Shown here: in pieces, positions 11,150 through 22,500 of the stretch
Position numbering within the stretch: the first letter of the stretch is position 1
How the letters are laid out: the number at the start of each line of letters is the position of its first letter
Source of the DNA: Gnetum montanum
Taxonomy: Eukaryota; Plantae; Gnetophyta
DNA length: 62,816 nucleotides
NCBI GenBank assembly: GCA_015680685.1
Contig: MNCI01000134.1
Span: 1 to 62,816 of the forward strand
Direction: 5' to 3'
Made by a program: the position numbers and the translations under genes
The notes under the pieces: model-generated
What the model saw: the letters and a program-made list of their open reading frames with translations, nothing else
What the model was told of the DNA's origin: nothing
Databases searched by the model: none

Positions 11150-11340
11150 AATCGGTAACGTTAATATTTTGTGCGTAACGCTGACCAGCGTTGACTTTCC
11201 ATGGCCCATTTCGGTAACACTATTTTGTGCGCAACGCTACAAGCGTTGACTTTCCATATACGCTATTTCGGTAACACAACTTTGTGACGTGTAAAATTCT
11301 AGGAAGGCCATTTCCGTAACACAACTTTGTGCATAACGTC
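11150..11340. repeat. Degenerate 45-59 bp CpG-rich tandem repeat with internal palindromes
   Basis: Four copies of a tcggtaac...tttgtg core; the first two carry AACGCT-n3/4-AGCGTT. Confidence 0.8.
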
Positions 11341-11478
11341 GTGGGATAAAAGGTTACGTCCTTTGTAAAATAGAAATACAAATCATGCAGGAGGAGGGTT
11401 GGAGTTCTCCGTAGATGCAAACATGATCGCGCAAATGCAGATCCAGCATTCTGGCCAAAGATAGACAGAAACGATGCA

Positions 11479-11977
11479 CTAATCAGGGCATCGAACAGCA
11501 TCGGGGCACGAAACAAGATGCAGAGGCGGAGGCCAGCACTCCACATTGACATCAATCATCATACAACTCTGTAATTTTAAGTTGCAAAATGCGAACTTGA
11601 GCAGCTTTCGCATAAGTAATGTCACAAGGTTCTGCGAATTCAGCCCTGATATGGACGATGCCGGGTAATGCCCAACGTTCAGCAGAAAGTGCGTCAGTTC
11701 GCAAGAGGGCACACAAAAATATCAACTTCAGAGTCTCCTGGAACAATTGGTTGTTTATGTCCACAAATCCCACCAAAACCAACCCACCATGGATCAGAAA
11801 CACGAACTCGGTGGCCTGTGGATGACTATGAGGCCGAAGGATGCCACCTGGGTGAAATCGGAGTGAGACCCTACATGTTGCTGCTGGGCAGATTCATGGC
11901 CGTTGTCAGCGTCACTGCAGTCCCGAATTTCGTGCTCCGCGTTCCCGGCTTTGCCGGTGTGGATGTTTTGAAATCCA
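11479..11977 (-). other. Putative two-exon 3' end of an unidentified gene abutting the PPR fragment
   Basis: Open frame HGFQNIHTG...SHSDFTQ, CAG|gtggca donor (11847), ttacag| acceptor (11569), then phase-0 SCMMIDVNVECWPPPLHLVSCPDAVRCPD*. Confidence 0.35.
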
Positions 11978-12402
11978 TGTCAGGATCAATGCCTGCTGTT
12001 TGCATTTGAGAAAACAATTGCAGAACTTCTACCAGGAATCCTTTTGTCGCATAAGCTGAGATCATGGTGGTCCAAGATAGAACATTCTTCTTCGGTACTT
12101 CGCCAAACAGCTGTCGTGCCTCCAAGCTTTGAATACAGTATCAACGTTTTGGTTTGAATGTAAGGGTTCATCATGAATCCTGTCTGAAAGAGTTTGGGAT
12201 GTAGATTTCTTCCTGTCTGAATATAGGTCTTACGCAGCAATGCATCTCTGCAGAGATCTTGCATAGCTTGGAATATCATGCAAGCTTTGGACATAGAGAA
12301 CCGGCTGGATCTCCATCTGAGAATTCCGGTAGTCCATCTTCCAAAGACAGAAGTTGCTAAAAATGAAGCATCGCCCATGAGGTCTCTACCAGGGCGAACC
12401 AT
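11978..12402 (-). pseudogene. PLS-class pentatricopeptide repeat (PPR) gene fragment
   Basis: Transit-peptide-like N-terminus, then GRNLHPKLFQTGFMMNPYIQTKTLILYSK, frameshift near 12125, EARQLFGEVPKKNVLSWTTMISAYATKGFLVEVLQLFSQMQTAGIDPD; similarity ends abruptly. Confidence 0.85.
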
Positions 12403-13504
12403 AGTTGCCGGAAATGGGAAACGATGCAACGGCAAAAAAATCAGGTTGCCTACAAGAAACGATAAATTGTGTATATTTCTTTGTTCATCATCATGGAAAG
12501 AAACAAGTACAAGGATAAGTTTTTCATCATATAAAAATTGTGTATATTTCATTAAGAACAATTTTGGTCAATTTGGGCGTGGACTTTCGTAATTCGATTG
12601 CCCTTGGAAGTTTCCTTTTGTGGGCGTGAAATACATGTGAAATTTTCTGCATTTGCGTTTTCGTTAGGCTGATTTGATGTTTTAATCTTTATCAGTTGAT
12701 GATGGTGTCGATCTGGAAGCACAAAAACTTCATATTCAGAAATTGATAAAATTCAGGAAGGCACTGTAAAATATTCAGTCGTGTAATACAAAACCCAACT
12801 ACGTGGTTTATTGTAAGCAAAACACAGGCGAAACGTTATAATTTTGCGCCTTAACCACTTCTTCGATTGCCGTGATACCCAGGGAAGGAAATCCTAATTC
12901 CTTTCTTTTAGGAACTTTAATCATTTATAATTTCATATTTCAGTCATATACTGATGAGGGCTTTACTTTTAAAAAAAATTGTCCATCATAATATCATATG
13001 ATTTGTTTTAGATGTTAATTTCGTAAGTAAGAACTTCTGTTTTTAGCATTCAAGGATTAAAATATACGTGGGGCGCAGTTCCGAGTTTGCAAAATTGTAA
13101 GGGAAGTTTCCCGTGTTGCAGGACGAAAAACAGGGTCAGGTCAATCTAGATGTTAAAATTAAGCCAGGACCGACTTATTAAAAGAAAAATTGAAGGAATT
13201 ATAAACTGGTTTGCTAAATCTAAAAGGTCTCAAAGGTTTCAATGAACATAATTAAAAACATCAATTTCAAAATTAAATGACTCACGTCACTGAGGCCGAA
13301 CATATTCTTCTGATCAAACATTTCTTTGTAATCCTGTTTAAGGAAGAGCTGCCAAAAATAACAAAAACATTAATTATATTGAGGTGTGGAACCTTGAAAT
13401 AATTAGATAACCTCCCAGATATATAGTCTAAGTGTATTTACACGTGTTCTGAATTTAGTTCGTGACAGATGCATGTTGAGAATAAAATAAAAAAATAAAA
13501 AAAA

Positions 13505-13657
13505 AGAAATGAAACCGGTAAAAAACGCAATGAAACGTGAAAGAAACATTTCAGTCTGCCAACAAGTGACGCTTACTGTTCATGATAACGGCATTTTGAA
13601 ACGGGATCCCGTTTCCGCAACCAAAAATGCAAAACGTTATGAATCCATTGCGTTTCC
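13505..13657. mobile_element. Possible hAT-type subterminal region (gaaacg/cgtttc motifs)
   Basis: Clustered aaacg/cgttt motifs and the perfect palindrome gaaacgggatcccgtttc near 13598-13615; no TIR or TSD confirmed. Confidence 0.35.
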
Positions 13658-13659
13658 AG

Positions 13660-14080
13660 AGGGAGGGAGGGGGGGGGGGGGGGGGGGGGAGGAGTTGTTC
13701 CCCCTGCCCCCACGTTAGGCCCTTTTGGGGTGTTCATGGTTAGAGCCCCAACTCTCCTTGAGGGTTTGGAGGCCTTCTTGCCTGGGCTAGTAGCCAGGCG
13801 ACGACGATTTTCTTTGATTATCTGGGCAATACCTATCATGTGGTCTCTGATAACGTTCTCGATCCATTGTAGTGTTTGGTTGTATGATTGTGGGGCAGGG
13901 TTGGTGTCTTATAGAGCATTCCCTCAACAGCTTGCTGTGGCCCCCTGGCACTAGACGGTTGCCTCACCATGTGTTCGCTGGGGCTGACATCTTCAGTCGG
14001 CGAATCCCTCTGCAGAGCCTAGGGTTTGTACATTGATCATTTCTGCTGTATTACAACATGTTTAATAAAGTATCAGAAAA
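13660..14080 (+). mobile_element. Possible 3' end of a non-LTR retroelement, preceded by a long poly-G tract
   Basis: GC-richer non-coding block ending ttaataaagtatcagaaaa; G-run at about 13669-13689. Confidence 0.35.
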
Positions 14081-14092
14081 CGACTGACGATC

Positions 14093-14398
14093 ACTAGCTT
14101 AGTTATATATATTTATAATATATATCTATAAATTGGCCGATAGAATCTTATAAGATTACAAGTAAGAAGTTCTTTGAGTAAAAATTTTCACGACTTCTGG
14201 ACGAAGAACAAGTGTTCTGTACCTTATTCTTCCTAAGGATGGGTTTTTTGAAAAAAAACAAATTTGGGTTTTTAAATCTTGTTCTTCGTCCAGAAGTTGT
14301 GAAATTTTTTACTCAAAATAACTTCTTACTTGTAATCTTATAAGATTCTATGGGCCAATTTATAGATATATATTATAAATATATATAACTAAGCTAGT
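14093..14398. repeat. 306-bp foldback (MITE-like) with about 120-bp inverted arms
   Basis: 14093-14212 is the near-perfect reverse complement of 14278-14398; 65-bp spacer. Confidence 0.95.
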
Positions 14399-14738
14399 TT
14401 TAAAACAAAGGACACGACCAAAATAAAATGCACACAATTTTAACTAAAGTGAAAAAGAAGTGCACGATGAAATGCGAAAATGGAAATTCAACCTCGGAAG
14501 TCTCCGACCTCTTTGAAAATATTTTATCGGAAGACTCGTTACCTCACCCACCCTGCCAGGCACGCCACATCTCAAAAACGGAATATGTCTGCCTGAAACC
14601 CGCATCTCAAAATCGGAATATGTCTGTCTGTGTTTCAGGAACGGGCGAATGCAGGGCTCACCCTCATATAACTTAACATACGCTGCATTATTTACCATTT
14701 ATGAACGCAGGCGGTACATTTATGCCTGAGACAGGCCT

Positions 14739-14883
14739 GGCGGTGGGTCGGTGGCATTTAAACGTACTATTACTAAGTGGTGAGAGCGCATCTATACGCT
14801 AAATAGTGGTGAGAGGGTATCTATACGCTAAATCGCTCTCACCACTTAGTACTAGTACGTTTAAATACCACCAAACCACTACC
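14739..14883. repeat. Compact inverted repeat/hairpin just 3' of PLAT paralog B
   Basis: ggtggcatttaaacgtactattactaagtggtgagagcg (14750-14788) pairs with 14834-14872; a 29-bp tandem duplication spans the left arm end and loop. Confidence 0.9.
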
Positions 14884-14907
14884 AAAAACCACTGTGTTAC
14901 TCATCTT

Positions 14908-15656
14908 TCAGCTCATTATGATAATACTGGGAGTAGACGTGATGGAAACAACTTCTTCAGAAAAGATAGATTGGAGTAGGCTGCCGTGACCCTGGCCGTA
15001 GAGGAGGAAGCTGCCATGGCCGTGGCCTGCACTGGTACAGTTGCGTAGATCGACTACGATGATGGGGTGCACTGGTGTGAGCCACGGACGGACGTTGCAG
15101 CGCTGGCTCACGAAACTGCAGTTGTTTGGGTTGCTTATGACCTCTACCCGTTTGACGAACCAGGAACGGGGCTTTCCCTTGGGTTCTATCTGCAAAACGA
15201 GGAGGCGCGGTGCCGTCTCCAGGCACGTCTTATTTGCCAGGAAGAAGTCCAGATTCCCTCTCTGACAGCAAATACAATTGGGAAGTACTGAAAATTTGCA
15301 CAAATCTTTAAAGTTCACTTCCTCATGATTGTCGGTCAGCGCAGCGTTCACGACCGGGGTCGTTCCTGGCCCTGCCAGCCGACCGTCTTCACCAACAGCC
15401 CGTATATGCATTTCCTCTCATTCTTGTGAAACCCAGGAACCCAACATAAGAAATGAAGAAACAAATTAAGGGCGCTAGTGTGTCTAGCTCATCAAATCAG
15501 ACCTAATCAAAGATAATTGAATAACGTATGAATGATTCATTTAAATCACTCTTGTAACTTACCGGGATGTCCCCCATGGGCCTTGCGGTTGCCATTGCTA
15601 AGTGCGCTTGAGACCATCAGGACCATTTTCATGGACTGCTGCTGTGATGATGCCAT
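14908..15656 (-). pseudogene. Secreted PLAT/LH2-domain gene, paralog B (exon 1 15563-15656, intron 15423-15562, exon 2 14908-15422); two frameshifts as assembled
   Basis: MASSQQQSMKMVLMVSSA/LAMATARPMGDIP|NERKCIYGLLVKT/GRLAGPGTTPVVNAALTD...QRGNLDFF...CL...SWFVKRVEV...PWLTP...NC...GHGHG; gtaagt donor and pyrimidine-rich cacaag acceptor. Confidence 0.85.
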
Positions 15657-15717
15657 TGTTATTGCTCTGATTGCTGGTTCAAGGCTGGCTTTGATGAAGC
15701 TTGCCTTGCTCGTGGGG

Positions 15718-15725
15718 TATATAAA
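15718..15725 (-). promoter_or_regulatory. TATA box of PLAT paralog B
   Basis: Minus ccctttatataccc about 62 bp upstream of the ATG at 15656. Confidence 0.55.
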
Positions 15726-16699
15726 GGGAAAGAAAACATCTTTGGGTTGAGAAACGCTGCAAAGACTACAGCCAATGAAGTGACACTTTACTAATAACTT
15801 TATGTAAGGCTTAAGGGATAAGATCATGATCCACATATACGTGGTCATTATTATGATGGTGCAGGTAGTTACTGGTTTCCAAGATTATGATGTTGCAGGT
15901 AGTTACTGGTTTCCAAAATTGAGTTTAGGTTCAGTTCTTTTTTCCCATTTTTTAATTTGCATGAAATAGTCGGAAAATATGTCGGGTTGGCAAGAATCAC
16001 TATAAATTGAGAAATCAGGCCAAGTTATATTTAAAAGTTGCAAAAATATTAATTTCTTTTTAAAAATAAAGTTTGATTATAACAGTGTGTCGACTCAACT
16101 AAGGTCACCAAAATTTTTAATCCTGTCACTAATGTATAGATAAATCAGATCTTTCACCCAGCTAAAATCAGATCTTTCACCCAGCTAAAAAGCTATGATC
16201 TAAAATTATATTGAAACTGAGAAAGAAGCTTTATCTTTGATCAGGTCCGTAGATATAAAGATAAGATAAGGCGCTTTATCTTTGATCAGGTCCGTAGATA
16301 TAAAGATAAGATAAGGCTACTGATTGGCACACGTAATCACGAATGATTCCTCCTCGCTTCCACCACCAATCAATTCCTTTGGTGCATAAAGGCTACCTTT
16401 GATGCATAAAGGCTACGGATTCATCAAAATGAGCCAGAAAGGTTGTGGAATCTGTACCTTTCCAGCTGCCATGCAATTTCTCGTACAAATTGACAGGTAA
16501 GTAGGTAACGCAGACCAACGGATACCAAATGTATACATGCGTTCGTATCCATGCCTTCCATCATCATCTATGATAATAACTACATGCATGTTCTCAGTTG
16601 ATTGAAAAACTTAAAATTCTTGTGCCTCATCTCCGTTTCAGGTCCATGACTACCAAAAGGCAGAAACAGGTGCCGAAGTCGATTAGTTATTATATTACG

Positions 16700-16923
16700 T
16701 GGAGGTAGAAGTGAGAATAGAGCAGGAGTAAAGGCTTTGAAGAAGCAGAGGAATGCAAACTGCAACAGAAATCCATGGCCTTGTATGCAGCCTTAGCAAG
16801 ATGAATGCTATCAAAATTCAAGTAACACTAAGGATCCTTACCCAGAATCGTCGTCTTTGAGCCAGTGCTACTGCAACGGGCTAAGCCAGGGACTGTAACT
16901 GGCTGCAATTTCACCATGATGTC
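16700..16923 (-). other. Orphan spliced exons (82-bp exon 16842-16923, 82-bp intron 16760-16841)
   Basis: tgcag| acceptor, |gtaag donor and ttctgttgcag| acceptor; open frame DIMVKLQPVTVPGLARCSSTGSKTTIL; product not recognised. Confidence 0.4.
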
Positions 16924-17339
16924 CTGCATAATCTCGGATTCTGCTCAGCTCAAGGCAACAAGCTATTCTAATCTATTCTAATCTACTCGGATTCTGCTCA
17001 GCTCAAAGCAACAAGCTATTCTAATCTACTAATCTACCGGCTTTCACAGTATCTTTTTGATTTACAGTGATATTTTATTATTTTACCGTTCTTACTTGAT
17101 TAGTCTTTTTTATTATTCATGGGTAGAATGATGTCCCGAAACAAAATTAAAGGAGACCCTTCTCATGTTCATCCAATGCCGTCCCAAACAAATTTTTGAC
17201 AACATTAGTTTGAAAGTTTTAATTCCAAGTTTATACATATTTTTTAAACTAATTGTTCATTGTTGATAGTTTTTTTTTCTTTCACTTTTGCATGGTTTAA
17301 GGCCTTTTCCCCATTAATTTTGGCACCTTTTTAAAGGTA

Positions 17340-19110
17340 AAGTCTAGTCATATATATAACAAGAAGGATGAACCCTCAAATCAACAAATACAATAACAGT
17401 ATCATCATAGAGGGTACAAGATCCTCCAGCAAAATAGATGAACACTCATACTAATAAAAAAGCCCATATTCCTATAGGACATTGAAACCAAAAATCAAAA
17501 AAATAGTCATATGCAACATCATTAAGTTCATTTAAAACACAAGGTATGCATATTCAGGAAAATAGAAGAAAACATAGTTTAAGGGTGCCACATTAGTTCC
17601 GCTTGCAAGGAGTCACAAGTTAAAACCTTGTCATTGTGCATTCATGAATATTTTCCCACAAGTGAAAGTTAGTGAATGCTTTTGAGATGCAATTAAAGGG
17701 AGAGTTTTGGCACTTTGCACAAAAAGTGTGAACATTCCGCTTAAGCCAAATCTGCTAAGCAACCACCATCGATAATAAAATCTTATGCAAGTGTCTTTGA
17801 ATAATGTGCCTTTCTCTAATCATTGCCCAATACTGATCCCACAAGATCCTAATCTAGATGTACACAAATTGACTTATAGCTTTTGTAAACAAACATTCCT
17901 TGAAAAGATGTGTTGCAGTTTGAATTTTCTTATAGCAAAGGATACACTGGAAGGCCATGGAAAAACCCTGTTTTTGGAGTTTTCTCTAAATAAGCACTAT
18001 ATGATGAACCAATAGGTAGGCAAAAAACCTCACCTTTAGTTGGCAATGCAACCTCCAAATAAGGTCCCATTCCCTTAATTTGAAAGGATTACCTACAAAG
18101 ACATGAGATCCACTATTTATGGTTTATCAAAGTAAAATGGAAGGTATCTTCATGGCCTAAATTAGGAGGGCTATGTCTTTTAAAGATGTCAAGAATTTTG
18201 GTGAATTCACTATGTCTAATATTGTCATGAAAGATTAATGAAATTCTCCACTATTTCCTATTGAACCAATCCTTTACATGTGCCCTTGGACCTTGGCATA
18301 ATAGGATGACCACTTCAAAAAAAAATCTCCTAATCATTTTATGATGAGCTTGTCCTACTTCAAGATCTTTCACCAAAATTTCTATTTCCCCAAATTCCCA
18401 ATGCCCAAGAGATTAAAGGAAAGTTCACTTTTCCATATGTGTGAGGCTCTGGTTGGGCAAGTCCACAAATTAAGATAGCACATTTGAAGATAATTGACCC
18501 AAGGCTTATCTACTTGGGACAAAACTTCCCAACCTAGCTTAGTAGCTAGAATACAAGTTTGCCACCCGAAATACCAAAGCCCACAACCACATGCATAAAC
18601 TAAGAAGCAATTAAATGAAATTGGGGATGCTCCTTTCCACCATGCTAAAGGAAATTCCCCATAATTTGATTCAGTTACAACACAAATTGAGCTGAAGGAT
18701 TGAACAGAAGTGCACTATAAGTGGAAATGCTTGAGAGGATAGATTTAGCCCAAGTCAATTTACTTGTAGAAGACAAAAACATACCTCTCCAAGAGATCAA
18801 TAGTTTTACATCTTTTCCAACACTCCCTACCAATTGTTAGTTAATTTCCATCTATAGAACAAAGGTTGTCCTAGATAGGTAGTTGTAAGCTAGCCAATGG
18901 TACACCTAAAGTATGTCTAGCACATTCAAATATTTTTTTTAGGCATCCCACATGAAAAATCTCTATCTTATCCCACTTGACTTCAAGCATTGTTGACTGA
19001 AAAAATCCATCCAATGCCTACGTTACCTTTTTGGCCTTAGGGATCCTCAAGGATAGATGCTAGGAAAGAAAATATTATGCCATCAACATACTGAAGAGTA
19101 TGAAGGTTTG
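17340..19110 (-). mobile_element. Degenerate L1-type LINE, RT C-terminus and 3' part
   Basis: HTLQYVDG (QFADD-like) near 19080-19105 and TTYLGQPL (PxxYLGLP-like) near 18860-18885, followed by a WK..K motif. Confidence 0.6.
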
Positions 19111-19599
19111 CTTCTAATTTTTTATTTTTTAGAAATGTGTTTCCAGGAAAGTGTTAGAGATAAACAAATATCACCTAGTTTTATATTTTTTGACATTTAT
19201 GAAGAGAAGTTGTATATTACCTAGGGAATTATTGAATCACCTGAAAATGCATGGAATCCCACTAAAGTAAAAACAAAAAATCCAAGAGGAAGCCAAAGGT
19301 TGGTTCCTCCCTCTAAAAATCCCTCATATGATTAGCACATGTGGATTAAGGAATACTACAAAAGAATGATTGAAAGCTACAAGATACTATCGATCTTGTA
19401 TAGTAGTAGATTTATTTAAATTATTCCATTCATAGCATCTACGATTCTATGACCTGTTTAAAATGGGATGGTTTTTTCAAACTTGTACATAACTAAATAA
19501 AAGGTAAAATTAAAAGCCATGCCCACATAATTTGAACTCTAAAACTAAAGATTTATTACTATTATGGCAGAAAAATGACCCTACACTAGAACAATTTAA

Positions 19600-22500
19600 A
19601 TAACTTGTTTTAGGTGTTTCTAGTCTTTGGTATCACCAAGGCATGGATATTCGTAAATAGTGTTTTTTAGTACAAATTAGTAAAAAATGGTTAATTATAT
19701 TTAATAGTCAAAAACCTTTCTGAGAAACTATTATCTTGTATGTAACTAATAGCTACTCCTTTTAGCTATCTCTAAATGTAATTATGAAAATCAAATAACG
19801 TTACCAAAATCCTAGCTTCAAATCCTATGTAGCTAATATAGCAAATGAGAGAATTTATAGAAGATGCCAATCTTTAATTCCAAGCTATATATGCTAGCTA
19901 ACTTACTAAAGCTAAACCACAAAACTTTTGCTAAATAGGGCAAGAATCTCGAATAGAGAAATTATTTGAAAACCTTAAAATTATACAAAAATAATATCAC
20001 TTCTATGTTATACTGATACAGAACTAACACTTATAAAAGATATCTCATTCAACCAAAGTAATAAGAACAAGTTAAACCTCATATTATAGAGAAAATAACT
20101 TATCCCAAAGCCAATCACTCACTAAAACAGAGCTATGCAATAGTTAAGCTCGACAAGTAAAGAAAGCTTCTAATTCAAATACCAATTGAGAGATAAAAGC
20201 TAAAAGAGATTTAAAAACATGTTTAGAATGTCATTATATAAACAATATTTACAAGATTTTTCCAAAAGTGACTTATCCTTTTCTTTCCCTCTTTCCCAAT
20301 CATCGTCCCCTACCCCCACCCTTCCTTCTTTTAAACTTTTTCTCTAGGCTTTATATTATTGTCATTGATAGTTATAACCATTTCAAAACTAAGGTTTCAT
20401 ATACCTCACGTTTTCTTCATAGAATTGTAGGTTGTTGGAGAGTTGTGTAGTTTCTTGATAGATTTTCCTTATTCTTTGAATTTGAAGCCTTTCCATTAGT
20501 AACTACTAAGGTAACCTCCCATGGCTAAGAAAAAAATTTATAGCTTGATTCGTTGCATCTAGCTTAGTACTGTAAAGATTCTNTTTTATAGCTTGATTCG
20601 TTGCATCTAGCTTAGTACTGTAAAGATTCTTGATAACATTGTCAACTCTTCTGTCACCTACACTTAATTCTATTATAGAATTGATTATTTGAGTTAATGC
20701 AGCTCTTGTGCTATAACAAGTTTTCTTCAATTCTAATTTCTTCTCAGTAGTTTTAGTTATTATCCTTGTAACTATCATCATCATCATCATATCTAAGAAA
20801 CTTTGTTTATGCTATGGTAGTACTTCTCTTTTCACTTTGGCTATGCAATATAGCTCTTGAGCTCTTCTTTCTATCTAAACAAAAATGGCTTATCTCTCTT
20901 CAATTTTTCTAATCTCAATTCTAGTATATTGTATCCATTTCTTATTATGGTTAATCTTAGTAATTATCACTTGAAGGTTTGGCAGTGCTAAGTAGGAATG
21001 ATTTGTAGCCTTGTCTCTTTTTTTTTAGCCTATTCTAATTTAGAGCTTACAATAGATAGTCTTTCTTCCAATTGTATCATATTTTATTCTTTATTTTCTA
21101 GCAATTATTTGTTGATAGTAATCATTCTCTTAAGCTGCTTGTTTTCTTCCTTGGAGTTCCTCAAATTGGATGTCTGCTACTCATTCTACATAAGATACTC
21201 CTTAAGCTTACCTATCTAATTATCAACTACTTGTCCCATGTCTTTAACTAAAGTAGCTATAGTCTTCGACATGTCTTGATGAGACATCACTAGCTTCTAT
21301 TGTTCAGTTTGTGGATAATATTTCTTATAGAAAAATATGACACTCACTTCTATCTTTGGCTTAATGGAAAGGTTTTGGCTCAAAATGATTTTCCCTTCTT
21401 TTCCTTTAATCTTGAAATATTGAACTACTCTCTTCATCAAGTAACTTGATAAGAAGTCTAGGGTTGTAAAAGCTAATGATGAGTTCTCCTCTTCTTTTTT
21501 GTTGTTGTTGCTATAGCTTCTTTAGCTTCTATTGTTCCAATAGCTATTGCTATTGTTTTTCTTTAATAGCTTTTATGGGTTCAAACTTGATTTTTCTAAC
21601 TACCTTTACTCCTACATATTTGGGTCCATTGAGTGGAAATCTTTCATCTTGCATGGCTTCTTTTGGATTCTGTAGCTTTCAAGAAAAATAATTTTCCTAT
21701 AGTAGAGCTAAATACTCATCATGAAAGCCCCTTGTCAAAGGATGTTCTTTGCATTTCCTCCATCTACATAGTTCAATAATTGGTAGATCATAGACAGTGA
21801 ATAGAATATTCATTGATAAACTTCCTTTTAACTATTTTGGAGCTTCATCCTTTGCTCAATTTACTTCTATATCTATACCTTTCAAATAAAATACATCTAT
21901 TTTATCAAGTTTATGAACTTTTCTTATTTTAGTAGCTAAGTATATCCTCCTTGGGGCCATAGGAAAATCACACTACTCTTTATACCTCTTAGCCATTCCT
22001 CTCAAATGCCTTGTATTGTTGAATTTCCCAAAGCCAAACTTCAAAGGAAAAACTTCCTTGTGCTTATAATTATTCCTAAAGGTAATTTTCCACATTTGTA
22101 TTCCCACTTCAAATACCACCAAATAAGGGGCTACAAATTTGGGTAACTTGAAAGCTTTTTCTTCAAAACCTACTATTAGCATGCAGGTGTAATGGACATG
22201 TAGAAAGACAACTTCATGACATTTTCCTTTTATTTCTTCAAATAGCTTCTTTTTAATTCTTGGTAGAAAAGATTCTAAAATAAATTTAACGTATGAGGGT
22301 ATATATAGTTCATCAATAATTTTAAAGCTTGGATGTCCAAATAGCTTCTTTGATATATAAATGGAAAAAAATCATAATAGGGATCTTTAGGGTGAGCTCT
22401 TCATTATGTTACATAACTAATGAAAATTGGGGCTATTCTCTCAAGCTTGGAAATCTCACTTAATAAATAATTCATTAAAATAAGCTTAAATTTAATTGAG

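Noticed and set aside
11150-11340. CRISPR-like array of palindromic repeats
   Set aside because: Units are degenerate without unique spacers, no cas genes are present, and the context is eukaryotic.
13509-13839. Poly-Gly / poly-Pro ORFs
   Set aside because: They are produced by the G homopolymer and span unrelated sequence blocks.
14908-15411. Standalone intronless 167-aa gene starting MHIRAV
   Set aside because: The conserved CIYGLLVKT lies in another frame and a signal-peptide exon exists upstream; this Met is a product of the frameshift.
20539-20629. Perfect ~43-bp tandem duplication
   Set aside because: It straddles the N at 20583, typical of a contig-overlap artefact.
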